Source of the DNA: Eledone cirrhosa
Taxonomy: Eukaryota
DNA length: 64,000 nt
Direction: 5' to 3'
Assembly (NCBI GenBank): GCA_964016885.1
Contig: OZ024763.1
Span: 9,982,001 to 10,046,000, forward strand
Part shown: one piece after another, positions 1 through 11,820 of the stretch
Layout of the letters: every line of letters begins with the position of its first letter
Position numbering within the stretch: the first letter of the stretch is position 1
Program-made: the position numbers and the translations under genes
Notes under the pieces: generated by a model
Databases searched by the model: none
Told to the model about the DNA's origin: nothing
Seen by the model: the letters and a program-made list of their open reading frames with translations, nothing else

Positions 1-679
1 CTCAATGCGTTCAGTCATCTTGCGTGAAAACAAAAATCCAACAAGCATGCACTGGATGTCTGTACTCCATAACAGCTGGGAACTGATGCGGCCTACTGGC
101 ACAAAAATGTTCACACATGCGCAGGAGGGGTATTGCCCATACGGCATTAGTTTTGGCGGGGAAAAATAAAATCAGATACCTTTTGAATACATCTTGTATA
201 TGGTGTGTTTTAGGTACAAAGTATCCCTGCATGTTGCACGAGGTGACTAAAAGAATTGGTGTTAAAAAGGGTATTTGGCTGTCTCAAAGCATCCAACCCA
301 TGCCAGTATAGAAAAGGGTATGTCAAAGAGATGATGATATACTCATACCCTGCTGTTAAAGCAGTTCATCATCATCATTTAGCGTCTGATTTTCCTGTTA
401 GCAAGGGTTTCATGGAAGCTACTGACCTCTCAGACAGGCTGGGGGGTCTGCATCTCATTTGAGTATGGGCTTACATTATTCCAAGTGTAGAGAAATCGTA
501 TCTTTGCCACAACTGAGGGTCCTCCCAAGCCTTTGTTTAGCAAGCTTTTTATGGCTGGTGCCCTTCCTATCACCAACCACTTTACAGCGTCTACTGGATG
601 CATTTATTGTGTAGATCACCAACACAAAGTCATGCGCTTGACACAACTGAAGGGTCCTTCCAACCCTTTATTTAATTAT

Positions 680-975
680 ATAGTGCACCCCTAGCATTCG
701 CGGAATTTTCCTTAGAACCTAACTAATAATTGTTCATGGAAACCACTGCATATTCGTGGAATTGTAAATATCTTCCACAATTTTTATGTGGCAAAATATA
801 TTTTTTCAGGCTTTTTAACACTAAATTATTAACAATAAACCATATTTGCTGGCCTATATTTTACATTGTTTTGACGTTTATAGGCATTTTTATGGACCAC
901 GTCCAATATTCGTGGTTTTTCACTCTTTGCGAGTGCTCTAGAGACATAACCCCCGCGAATAACAGAGGACAACTA
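680..975 (-). mobile_element. Tigger/pogo-like MITE (another copy at ~3834-4077)
   Basis: Imperfect TIRs (tagtgcacccct... / ...gaggacaacta), TA flanks, and shared internal sequence with the other copies. Confidence 0.55.
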
Positions 976-3900
976 TATATATATATGGTAAATATACTGA
1001 TAGTAAAGAGGGGTTAAATGTCTACGATTTATATTTCTGTTTGTCTATGGTGTTTCATAGTTGTTGTTTCATTGTTTGGATTGGCAGTATGGGTAGAGGG
1101 TCGGACGCCATGCTTTCTAGCATAGTTACGTCCCTTTACAGACTGAGTTCAAATCCCACCGAGGTTAACTTTGCCTTTCATCCTTACGGGGTCGATAAAA
1201 TAAAGTACCAGTAATGTACTGGAAAATTGCTGGCCTTGTGCCAAATGTAGAAACAATTATTGGTCTTTCATCTTGTTTCTTTTCTTCCAGTTTCTGCGGT
1301 TTCCTGAAGACTTGGCTTCCATTCCTCATAGTTTTTACTGTAATCCTGCTTCTCTTTCTGTTCTCACATTTCAATTTGATGTAGACATTATGGATACATG
1401 GAACTGTTGTTGCTGCTGCCGTTTTCAGAAACAAGGGGTTTTTTTTTTTTCCTTCTGGTGGGAGGTTCATCTCCCCATCTGATTTAAATAAATATACAAC
1501 ACTATAAGCCACTCATCTGGTAGAAATAACAGCCAAACCTCCTTCACACCAGACCGTAACATTTTCTTAAGAATAGGAAAGATACATTGGATAATGTAGT
1601 CCAATATACATTGTCTATATTTTAGGACAGGATGGTCATGGCTGGAACATCTTTGATCTGAATCATAGGATCTTAGCTGACCTGGTGCTAAACATTAACA
1701 AGGAAGGACACATTAGATAATGTAGTCCTAGATATACTATGACTTTATCAAAGACTAGATGGTCACAGCTAAAACATCTTTGATCATGGATCTGTCCGAT
1801 CAGAGCTGACCTGGGGCTAAACAGCTATAACAACAACAACAACACATTGTTTAAATAACTTGAAGGAAGAACGCATTAGATAATGTAGTTCTAGATACAC
1901 TGTGCCACTGTTTTCATCTTAAGTCAGTCAGATCAAAGCTGACCTGTGACTAAATAACAAGAAGGAAAGATACATTAGGCAATGTAGTCCTAGGTATATT
2001 GTGTCAACTCAAGCTAACCTTCATCTAAACAACAACACATCTTAAGTCTGCCAGATCAGAGCTTGTGACTAAACAATAACTACATCACTGATTTAAATTA
2101 GAAAAAATTTAAATAACAAATTATTTTTTAAATGCCATATATACTTGTTTGTAGATAAGTCACGTTTTATTTTACTTTAAAAAAATCGAGTGCTTAAAGC
2201 CACATACAACTTATCTGCTGAATATTAACCCTTTCATTACCATATTTCTTATGAAAGACACTGCCTAGGTTTTTCAAATAATTTTGAAAATAATCCAGAA
2301 TTTGGAGGGATTTAGTAATATAACTATCTTATTCATTATTAAGTTGCTGTTTGGTGCATAACTTAACAAAAGGTCTTACATTAAATTATGATAGAAGGTT
2401 TTTAGATAAATGTAAACAGTTTTGTATCATAGAGTGAGGGGCAATTTGGTAACATAAGGCTTAAATAATAAAATGTTATATACACAAAGGGAATGAGACA
2501 TGGTAACTATCTCATTTATGAGTTATTTTAGTCATTCAAAAACTTCATTTCCTGGTATAAAAATGTTTGTCACATTGCTTTTAACCTTCATTTGGGACCA
2601 GGCTAGAAATGGCGAGATGAAAATTTTGAAACTAGGGGATAAATGTAAAATGAAATTAAGTTTTTGTGTGTGTCTTTGAATGGTTAAAATGATTCTTCCA
2701 TTGTGTCATTGCTTTAGCTTCACCACACATTCACAGATCAAGTACAAATCCAAAATGGTAAATATCAATTTTGAAATTGTATGGTTTGGGACATGAAATG
2801 TTGCTAGAACTGTTTTTTTAACAGAATCTTTACCATTATTGGTCTCAGTTTTAAACTGATCATTATCAAGTTAATGTTTCTATATTTGGCACAAGGCCAG
2901 CAATTTAAAAAGGAGAAAGTTGATTAATTCAAACCGAGTGTGTTACTGGTACATAATCATATTAATAATAATTGTTTCTACATTTGGCATAAGGCCAGCA
3001 ATTTAAAGGGAAAGTTGATTAAATCACCCCCAGCGTGCTACTTTATTTGACCGGTCCACCCTCGTCTGGAGGGAAGACAAAGCTAACCTCGGCAGGATGT
3101 AACTCAATGCCACAAAACATTTTGTCCGACTTGACAGGATGTAACTCAATGCCACAAAACATTTTGTCCGACTTGATTCTGTCAGTCAACTGCCCTTCAT
3201 GTTAATAAATGTTTCTGATTCAGGCACAAGGCGAACAATTTTGAGGGGAAAGTTGATTAAATTGACCCCAGTGCAAAGTTGAGTTAATAATAATAATTGT
3301 GATAATGCTGATGATGATAATAACATTAACAAACTCAAAATTCTATATTTTCAAACAAAAGAAAAATGATTTTTTTCTTTGTTAATCTATTTATTGATTT
3401 TTTGTTGTTATTTTTTTGATATTTCAATATTGAAACTGTAAAAAATGTGTTTATTTGTTGTTGTTTTTTAATTTAGTTCTCCTATTAACTCCCTGTGTGT
3501 TTGTGTATATATATATTTTTTTACAGACATAAAAACGATGATATATATATATATATGTAAAAGGTAAACAGAAATAACAAGACAATCGGTACAGTATATG
3601 GAAGGAATATATTAGGTTAACGCAAGCCAGCTGCTAGTTTACCTAAACACACACATGAAGTCACCCTATCAGTAAATGTTTGTTATTTCTATAAATTTAC
3701 AACCCAACATTAACATATACACACGTGTCTGTGTTGTATACATTAATTTCAACTCTTCTTATTAATAACTACATTGTTTCTTTCTATGGACTATGTTGAC
3801 AAACCTTATTTAGTCATTCCACCCTCATACATATACAGTTGTCCCCCAGTATTCACAGGGTTCCTAAAGCAACCGCAAATATTGGACATGGTCTATAAAA

Positions 3901-5067
3901 ATGCCTATAAACATAAAATATGATATATAATTTAGCATTAAAAATATAAATTGCCACAAAAAAAGCCATAAAATAATCACGAAAGATATTTACGATTCCG
4001 CAAATATGCGGTGGTTTCCACAAATAATTATTAGTTAGATTCTGCGGAAAGTTCCGCAAATGCAGGGAGTACACTACACATACACAGATAGTGAATCCTA
4101 TAATAATGTGTCTTAGACTTCTTGTAATATAATTCCATTCATATCTTGGAGTCTTTGTCCAAATATGACATCAATGTCAGTACTTGACTGGTACTTTATT
4201 TTATCAATCCTGAGAGCAGAAATGGCAAAGTTGACCATAGCAGGATTTAAACTCAGAACAGAAAGGGCCATAAAAGTACATGAGAAAATACCATCTTTAA
4301 ATCTAATATGCTTTATACAAATATTAAATTGACCCCAGTGTATGACTGGTATTTTTACATTATTGGCCATTGAACTCAGAACATTAAGAGCTATTAGTAA
4401 ATGCCACAATATGCTTTCTTTTATAATCACATCTTGAATGCTTTTATAAATATTATACCAATATCTGGAAGGGAGAGAATAACATCAGTGTAACAAAGTA
4501 TGTGACCTTTAAAATACAGGTATAGTCCATCTTGTATTATGACATGCAGGGATATGGTTTACCCATTTTAAACTGGATACACATTGCAGCAAATAATCTT
4601 GATGATATATACATGTATGTACCTGTAACTCTTGATGGAATGCCATAGTGGCATACAGCATCTTGGGCATTTTAATCCTGGCAGGACCCATCGTCTCTCC
4701 AGGTCTGAACCAGAGAAGTAAGAAAGAGATATGGGGGAAGAATCTACACCAGTACTTTTTTTTTATCGACTGCAAAAGGATAAAAAGCAAAGTTGATCCC
4801 GGTAGGATTTGAACTCTGCACAGAGAGATAGAACAAACACTACACTCTATCTGATGTTCTAACAACAATGTAAATTTGCCACCTAAAGAATATAACATAG
4901 AATGTGAAAGTCTGATTGCATAAAATATATATTTACAACAAATAACATAGAATGTGAAAGTTTGATTGCATAAAATATATATTTACAACAAATAACACAA
5001 AAAACAAGAAAAAATTGTCAACAGTGGTCCCCTATTTTAATATCCAGTGTCAAACATTGATTCGCAA

Positions 5068-5688
5068 CTATGTCACTTTCATCTCAGCCAAAGCTAAAAC
5101 GTTTTTCTCTTGTAGCAGTTGTTGGTACTGAGTCTGAAGTTTCTGGATCTGTAATTGAAGGTTAGCTAGCTCCACAGAAACCTCAACAGCAGATTTGTAA
5201 TTTTTCTGAGAATAACGCAAACTCTGTGGCACCAAAACACCAAACCAGTTGAGAGGATCTTTGCTCATGGGTTTCTGCTGTTTTTTGCTTAAGCCCTTGT
5301 CATTGGATTTGGTGTCATCTGATGTTTGTTCTTGTTTGTCATTGTCACTATCGCTGTTCTTTGCAACGTTACGTTTCCGTAAAGTATCCAATACAGGAGT
5401 CTCGACGCCATCCTCGCCAACGTTGGACACCAGTGTAAAGGCTGTCTCCAATCCCTCATTTGAGCATTCTACTTTGACAGATGCTTGCATCTCACGTTCC
5501 GTGATTTTCAAGGAGCTGATCGATGTCACCCCACGAATATAACGTGCTCGGGACATATGCAAGTTTCCTGACTTTAAGTTCTGCTCCAACATGGCCTGGC
5601 ATTGGTAGTATTTATCTAATACACTGAGGAATTCTAAAAGGACTTTGTCAATATGTTCTGAAAGAGTTTGCATTTCTGACAACGGCAT
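5068..5688 (-). CDS. CCDC115: Coiled-coil domain-containing protein 115 / V-ATPase assembly factor VMA22, single coding exon
   Basis: 206-aa ORF with family-like N-terminal 'LEQNLKSGNLHMSRARYIRG' and the hallmark 'DPLNWFGVLVPQSLRYSQKNY' followed by a C-terminal coiled coil. The ATG is directly preceded by a branch point/polypyrimidine/CAG acceptor (ctaacctttcttctgttccatgtttttcag|ATG). Confidence 0.9.
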   Translation of the reverse strand: MPLSEMQTLSEHIDKVLLEFLSVLDKYYQCQAMLEQNLKSGNLHMSRARYIRGVTSISSLKITEREMQASVKVECSNEGLETAFTLVSNVGEDGVETPVLDTLRKRNVAKNSDSDNDKQEQTSDDTKSNDKGLSKKQQKPMSKDPLNWFGVLVPQSLRYSQKNYKSAVEVSVELANLQLQIQKLQTQYQQLLQEKNVLALAEMKVT

Positions 5689-7085
5689 CTGAAAAACATG
5701 GAACAGAAGAAAGGTTAGACAATAGTATTAGTCATTAACATATTTCTAATGAAAGACACTGGTGTTTGGGACATAACTTAACAAAGTTTCTTACATAATA
5801 TGTATTTTTAGTTAAATATAAACTAACCCTTTCGTGAACACATTTCTAATGAAAGACACTGCCCATGATTTTCAAATATTTTTATTATGCTGGTGTTTGG
5901 AACATAACTTAACAAACGTTCTTACATAATATTATATGTTTGTTTTTATCTAAAAGATAAAAACAAACAGTTTTTTCTCATAGAACCAGGAGCAGTTTGG
6001 TATCAAAAAGGATTTAAGAAACATCACTTGGCTTAGTGTATATAGGTCTATCATTTTTAAAATGGTAGGGTCAATTTGAGGGAGATTTGGCTACTACATC
6101 GAGTATATTATGTAGAAACTCCCTCACTGGTTCATGAGACATTACATTGTGATTTGAGAGAAATTTGGTTACAATTTCTTGTCACATTGAGGCTACCTTA
6201 TAGCTATAGCATGGTCACCTTATCATACCCCAGGTCTGTCAAGTTGCTGAAAATAGCAGTTAAATTTACCATTAATTAAACTCTACTATCTGCAAAAATA
6301 ACTGACATTAAATAATAGATACACAGTGCCTGAGAGAAAGAAAAGAAATTCAGGAAGATCTTTGATCATAGGTCTGCTCAGAATTGACCTTGGGCTAAAC
6401 AACTACAACGAAGGAGACTACATGGTCACTTGATCTACTAGAAATAGCAGCCAAATCTTCAAATTACATTCTACTATCTGGATGGAATATCTGTCATCAT
6501 GGATAGCCTGGGGCTAAACAATGACACCACAATCCAACTAAGGAGCTTCTACGTGATCACTCAACCTACCTGAAATGACAGCCAAATCTCCCTCAAATTA
6601 CACATTAGTGTGAACTTTACAAGCTTTGATCACAAGCCTGGAGCTAAATAACCACAACAAAATAATTATTCAGCCAGCCTATTTCAATAGAAATAGTCCA
6701 GTGGATGAAGGGAATACCACTTAGAGAGAAAGGAAGACAATGGATTGCAGGGATAGAGTCAGTGATGAATGTTGGGAAGAGAAATGGAATGAGATGGTTG
6801 AGTCATGTTGAAGAAGGATAAAAGTGATTGGGTGAGCTAGCCTTAACCCTTTAGCATTTAAACTGGTCATATCCAGCCAGAATTCTCTCACCTCTTTCTG
6901 TTCAAACTGGCTGCTCATACTGATGTTAAGGTATTGTTCTCAAAATCTCATAGATTTGATGTTATGTGAGGTAAAGCCACGAAATACAATAGTAAATATA
7001 GAGTAATGTAAAGGTTAAAACATGTATTTCAAGAACAAAGTGTTCTCCACTAAGTTTTCCTGCTGCTTACCTGTAAATCTGGACT

Positions 7086-8573
7086 TCATGTACACCCACA
7101 AGGGTTACCACAGTTCATGTTATCACCCCACATATGTGAGAGCTCATCAGTAGTGAGGTCTGGCATAGAATACATGTCAGGTGAACAGGTTTTCATACAA
7201 TGCCATCTCTGGTCGTCAACGGTCACTGGACCAAACGCTGCTGCTAACCAGATTCCCATGGTCACATCTTCTCCCTGATAAACTTTCAAGTGGTCAGAAG
7301 CATTTGCTAACCATTGACTAATGTCTGATGTGAACACATAGCCAGATCCACAAGCAAATTTTGGATAGACCAAAGAATTATAATGCCATTCTGCCCACTT
7401 GCCATATCTATCAACTGCCCAGTTGGAACGGAATTTACCAAACCAAAATGTTTTGTACTTGATTCTCTCTAAGTGATTCAATATGTGTTTCAAATTGAGA
7501 AAGCAATCGTCATCGGACTTCAACACATAAGAATAAGTGTGCTTTCCCATCAGCTGTTTCTGGGCTAGGAGCAACTTGTTTGGCAAATTTCTGTAAACAT
7601 CTACCTCTTGAATAATCAACAAGTCAGAGAAATTCTCCTGCTCTTTTAACAAATGTTCTTCTTCTTGGTTTTTCTCTGCCAACCAATGCTTGTATCGTTG
7701 AGCGCGACTTGTTATATGTCTCTCTAAGCCAACGATATCATCTACACTGTATATAAAATTTGTAACCAGCTGCGACCAGCAATGTACACTGGAGTAACTT
7801 TGGTAAAAGTAAACAACAGCGCTACCTGGTAGAGGTATACAAAACACTGTCGTGCTGGTTTCATTATTGTAATATGAAAAATCCGTGCCTTCAGGTATTT
7901 CAACTGCCAGGGTTCCTTCGAAACCTTTAGGGAGTAGGAAAGTCTCCACAGGTTGGTAGTAAAAAGTGTCTTTTAAAATCCCAGGGTCAATGGTGCTGAA
8001 GTGGACACGGGTAACCTCCTCTTGGTTGGCACTGTTTAGTAGAACTACAGGAATCCGTGGAAGGCTGGGGTTAGATTTAACAGATTCATGAAGACCAAAT
8101 TTTCGAATGATAATTGGATGAAGAATACGGAAGGCTAGAAACAGTTTTAAGTGGGGGTAATTCGATGCCATAATTTCTAAACCCACAGGCTGAGGTTCCA
8201 AGTTGTAACTTTGATGGATATATTCACCATCATCTGTTGAACTAACTAAAGCTACCTGGTTGTCGTTTGACTGCGGGTGGGCAATCTGTGGTGTCCAAGA
8301 GAGACATGAGTAGGAGTCCACCCTATCTTCAAATGGTACTGGACAAGATTTATCTCCAACCACAAAATACAGTTTAATCTGGTTGCTTAACTCCCCAAAG
8401 ACGTCACATCCCCATGTATTTCTGATGGTCATTCGTTGTTCAAAGTTCTCTCTGGCTGAAGACACTAGGATGATTAGCTTGACATAGTGTTTTGTAGACA
8501 GTTTAGGATAATAAAGTAAGACAGCAGCAAGAATGAATATTAGGGCTACAGATGTAGTCACTAGACTCGCCAT
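7086..8573 (-). CDS. B3GALNT2: UDP-GalNAc:beta-1,3-N-acetylgalactosaminyltransferase 2 (GT31), intronless CDS
   Basis: 495-aa ORF: N-terminal TM anchor, 'SSARENFEQRMTIRNTW', 'DVYRNLPNKLL', DxD motif 'YVLKSDDDCFL', 'YPKFACGSGYV', 'YQGEDVTMGIWL', C-terminal 'CGNPCGC'. Stem insertion and C-terminus match B3GALNT2. Confidence 0.9.
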   Translation of the reverse strand: MASLVTTSVALIFILAAVLLYYPKLSTKHYVKLIILVSSARENFEQRMTIRNTWGCDVFGELSNQIKLYFVVGDKSCPVPFEDRVDSYSCLSWTPQIAHPQSNDNQVALVSSTDDGEYIHQSYNLEPQPVGLEIMASNYPHLKLFLAFRILHPIIIRKFGLHESVKSNPSLPRIPVVLLNSANQEEVTRVHFSTIDPGILKDTFYYQPVETFLLPKGFEGTLAVEIPEGTDFSYYNNETSTTVFCIPLPGSAVVYFYQSYSSVHCWSQLVTNFIYSVDDIVGLERHITSRAQRYKHWLAEKNQEEEHLLKEQENFSDLLIIQEVDVYRNLPNKLLLAQKQLMGKHTYSYVLKSDDDCFLNLKHILNHLERIKYKTFWFGKFRSNWAVDRYGKWAEWHYNSLVYPKFACGSGYVFTSDISQWLANASDHLKVYQGEDVTMGIWLAAAFGPVTVDDQRWHCMKTCSPDMYSMPDLTTDELSHMWGDNMNCGNPCGCT

Positions 8574-9221
8574 GGTATTATGTCAGGGTCTACTTGTAAT
8601 TTAATAAACATTAGAGAGTTCAATCATTTTTGACTGCTGTGGTGAGTGAAAACACTAAGGCAATGATTCCCAGAGGAAGTCTGAGCTAAGTTCACAATTT
8701 CAAGTACTTTGTTCTAAACATAATATACAAACACTGGTATACATTCTTCTCTACATACACACACTTCTCTCTGTATAACAATCTTGGAAGGGAGTAACTG
8801 TAGCAGGGATTTTGTGAGAAAATGCATTTAAATAAAAGGGGGCCTTATTAGTGAAAGGTTTGGGAACCACTACTCTTAAGATTCAATTCCTTGTCCTTTC
8901 CTCTGGAAAAGAGATTGTGGTGTTGTAGAATGTGCTATATACAAGTAGATATTAATGGCAAACACTGGTGCCAGAAATGATATTCATGAATTATATATAT
9001 GGAAGGATATGAGATATAATTGAAATAGGAAATTTTAATGTGTTTACATGGTGTCATATCTGGTGGGATTGCATTTGACCCATATTTACTAATGGCATCA
9101 AACTACCTGAATGAGTTTTTTTTCTTTTTGTATTACCCTTATTGATTGAACTTAAATTTAATTTCCAAATTCAGTTTTTGAGAAATTTAAAGACCAGAAT
9201 TATTTTTCTTTTAATACTGAT

Positions 9222-9560
9222 GGAGGCACATGGCTTAGTGGTTAGAGCATTGGCCTTGCAATCGAAAGGTTGTGGGTTCAATTCTCAGACCGGGTGATGT
9301 GTTGTTTCCTTGAGCAAGACACTTTATTTCACATTGCTCCAGTTTACTCAGCTGTAGAAATGAGATGATAGGACTGGGGTCCCTATCATTCCACTGCAAA
9401 GTGGACGTGTAGGTGCCATGGCAAAAAAGCACCCAGCACTCACTGTAAATGAGGTTGGTGTTAGGAAGGGGATCCAGCTGTAGAAATCAAGCCAGAATCA
9501 GTTCCCGTCCCACCCTTGGAAGCAGGGAAAAGCGGACGTAAAATGATGATGATGATGATG
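9222..9560 (+). mobile_element. tRNA-derived SINE with an (ATG)n tail (copies at 29197-29533 and 60247-60580, both minus)
   Basis: tRNA-like head GGAGGCACATGGCTTAGTGGTTAGAGC...GGTTCAATTC and an RTE-like 3' tail; near-identical dispersed copies. Confidence 0.85.
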
Positions 9561-10699
9561 ACTGTCTTTCCAGAATAAAAATATTTACAATCTACATTTC
9601 AATAACAAGGAAATATTTAAAGAATGCGAGTATTAGTTTTTTTTTGTTGTTGCTATTCGTTTTCACATTTTTCCATAATAAAACTATTAATATTTGCTAT
9701 CTCGATTATGTCTCAGATATCCTTTCATACTTGCAAATCATGATCATGAATTTTTTTTTTTTTTTCTTTCTTTTTGGAAACCGTTTAAGTTTACAAACAG
9801 TTGTTTATTGTGAGGAGTTGCAATGGTGTGGTAAGTTGTGTTTGTCTGAAGTCAGTGGTGCTGAGGTGGTAATTCTGTAATGTATGGCACCAAATTCATC
9901 AAAAACCTCCAAGTACCTCCCTCCTCTATGTAAAACTGTCAAGTAGCCGGTAGTCAGACAACAGAAGTGTAGAACTGCCTGCCTGGAAATTGATGTAAAC
10001 CTTGATAAGATTATAAGGTGCCAAATAGCAGAGTTGAGTAGAATAATAATAATAATGATGATTTCATTTATTGGCCACAAGGGCCGACATATAGGGGACA
10101 ATACAAAGGGACAGTGTGGGTTTACAATAAAATTGTGTGAAAATACACAATAACAAAACCAGTTTAACAATGAAAACATACAAAAATAATATATATATAA
10201 AAATATAAAATAAGTGAAGTGCCCACCACTTCGAGAGAGCCTTCTCCTCCACAAGTTAACCAGCCTGATTTCATTTCATTTTTTGGCCACAAGAGCGAAA
10301 ACAAACAAAACCAAAGGAGCTTGAAAACAACAGTAAGAAAACAAAATGAAGAATTTATATCATGGTGCTTAACATGATAAATGCACTCAGTGTAAAGTAG
10401 TTGGTGATAGAACGAGCATCCAGCCATAGTAAATCTGGCAAACAAAGGGCCAAGAACACTCTTCAGCTATGTCAACTTCTCTAACAGTAGAGCATGGAAT
10501 CATGAGTCGGGCCCTTCGCCCACCTGGAGTTCAGAGTTCCTCTCCAACCCAAGCTCGAAGGGAAAACGGACGTTAAACAACGATGATATATATTGTTTTA
10601 GTATTTGTCTTGCAAGTTTCTCAATGTGAAATTGTACGTTGAAACAGTTATACACTGAAAATGTACTAAACTAACTGAGCAATAGATTAGTTAGCTCAC

Positions 10700-11050
10700 A
10701 AATAATGTTTCTATTTTTGGCACAAGACCAGCAATTACCTCAGTACATTACTGGTACTTTATTATATCGACTCCGTAAGGATGAAAGGCAAAGCTCAGCT
10801 CGGCAGGATTTGAACTCAGAACGCGAAAGGCCATAACTCTGTTCTGCAAAGCATGGTGTCCGACCCTCTACCGATACTGTCAACCCACTGCCCTAATAAT
10901 AATAATGGTTTCTTATATAAGCACAAGGCCAGCAATTTTGAAGGAGGGAAAAGTCGATTAAATCGACCACAGTATGTGACTGGTACTTTATTTTATCGAC
11001 CCCGTAAGGATGAAAGGCAAAGTTAACCTCGGCGGGATTTGAAACCGCCC
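10700..11050 (-). mobile_element. Abundant short SINE family (also ~1077-1262, 2870-3280, 34670-34855, 35175-35570, 57995-58130)
   Basis: Recurrent 'ggcacaaggccagcaatt...ggtactttattttatcgaccccgtaaggatgaaaggcaaagttaacctcggcgggatttgaactcaga' with a B-box-like GAGTTCAAATCC. Confidence 0.8.
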
Positions 11051-11716
11051 AATAATAAAACCAAAGTGATAATCAACACACACGTATATAAATATGTGTG
11101 TGTGTATATATTTATACATATATGTAACCAAACCTAGAATAGACAATCTATGTGGAAGGTGCGAGCTGATCAGTCTTCATCAACAATACAATATCTTCAA
11201 CTACAATATCAAACATGACCTTCACTAAAAACAAGGAGATTTGGCTGCTGTTTCTAGCAGTCCAAATGACCATGTACAGACTTTTATTCGCTCAGCGAAT
11301 GTGTACGTGTTGTTGTTGTTGTTGTAGGTTTGGTTCTAGATTAGCTGCGAATGAGATCATTCTATCTGTCACTATTCTGTTTTTATCCTTGACATAGTGT
11401 ATCCAGGGCTACGTCCTTACCGTTTCCTCGAAACGGTAAGGATCTTTCGTTACTATTTCTTTCTTTCTATCTGTCTGTCCCTTTCAAACACACACACACA
11501 CATATATATATATATACATACATACATATATCTACATACACACACACACATATATATATTGTGTGTGTAATTTTATCAACTTGGTTCATAAAGTATCCTA
11601 CTATTTAAATCAGTTTGGTATTCATTCTATCGATTTCTATTCGTTGACCTGCAATCTTCTGATATTTAAATTGACAGAACATAACTGATTTTAAATTTTA
11701 TAGAAATATAACTTAC

Positions 11717-11820
11717 AATGTTTTGTTATCAGCTCTGATTTTTCAGTCGAATTCTTACAGCGAAACAACGTCATCGGTCGGTCAATGGTTATCTCCCCTC
11801 ACTTCAGTTCCTGCTCACAT
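11717..11820 (-). other. Putative non-coding first exon of the B3GALNT2/CCDC115 unit
   Basis: Minus-strand donor ATT|GTAAGT at 11716-11711 next to a CpG-containing, repeat-free segment. The 5' boundary is a guess. Confidence 0.4.

Noticed and set aside
1500-2100. Loosely periodic repeats (gataatgtagtcctag...gctgacctggggctaaac)
   Set aside because: Degraded tandem fragments of a dispersed repeat also seen at ~6070-6660 and ~11200-11450; no coding or structural signal.
4890-4998. ~50-bp direct duplication downstream of CCDC115 (similar small duplications at ~3095-3175, 24195-24255 and 30606-30680)
   Set aside because: Ordinary local slippage duplications with no sign of function.
7086-7088. 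Selenocysteine UGA at the end of B3GALNT2
   Set aside because: The UGA lies where the family C-terminus is expected, and I could not identify a SECIS element by eye.
9222-9295. tRNA gene
   Set aside because: It is the tRNA-derived head of a SINE; there is no acceptor stem and it continues into the SINE body and tail.
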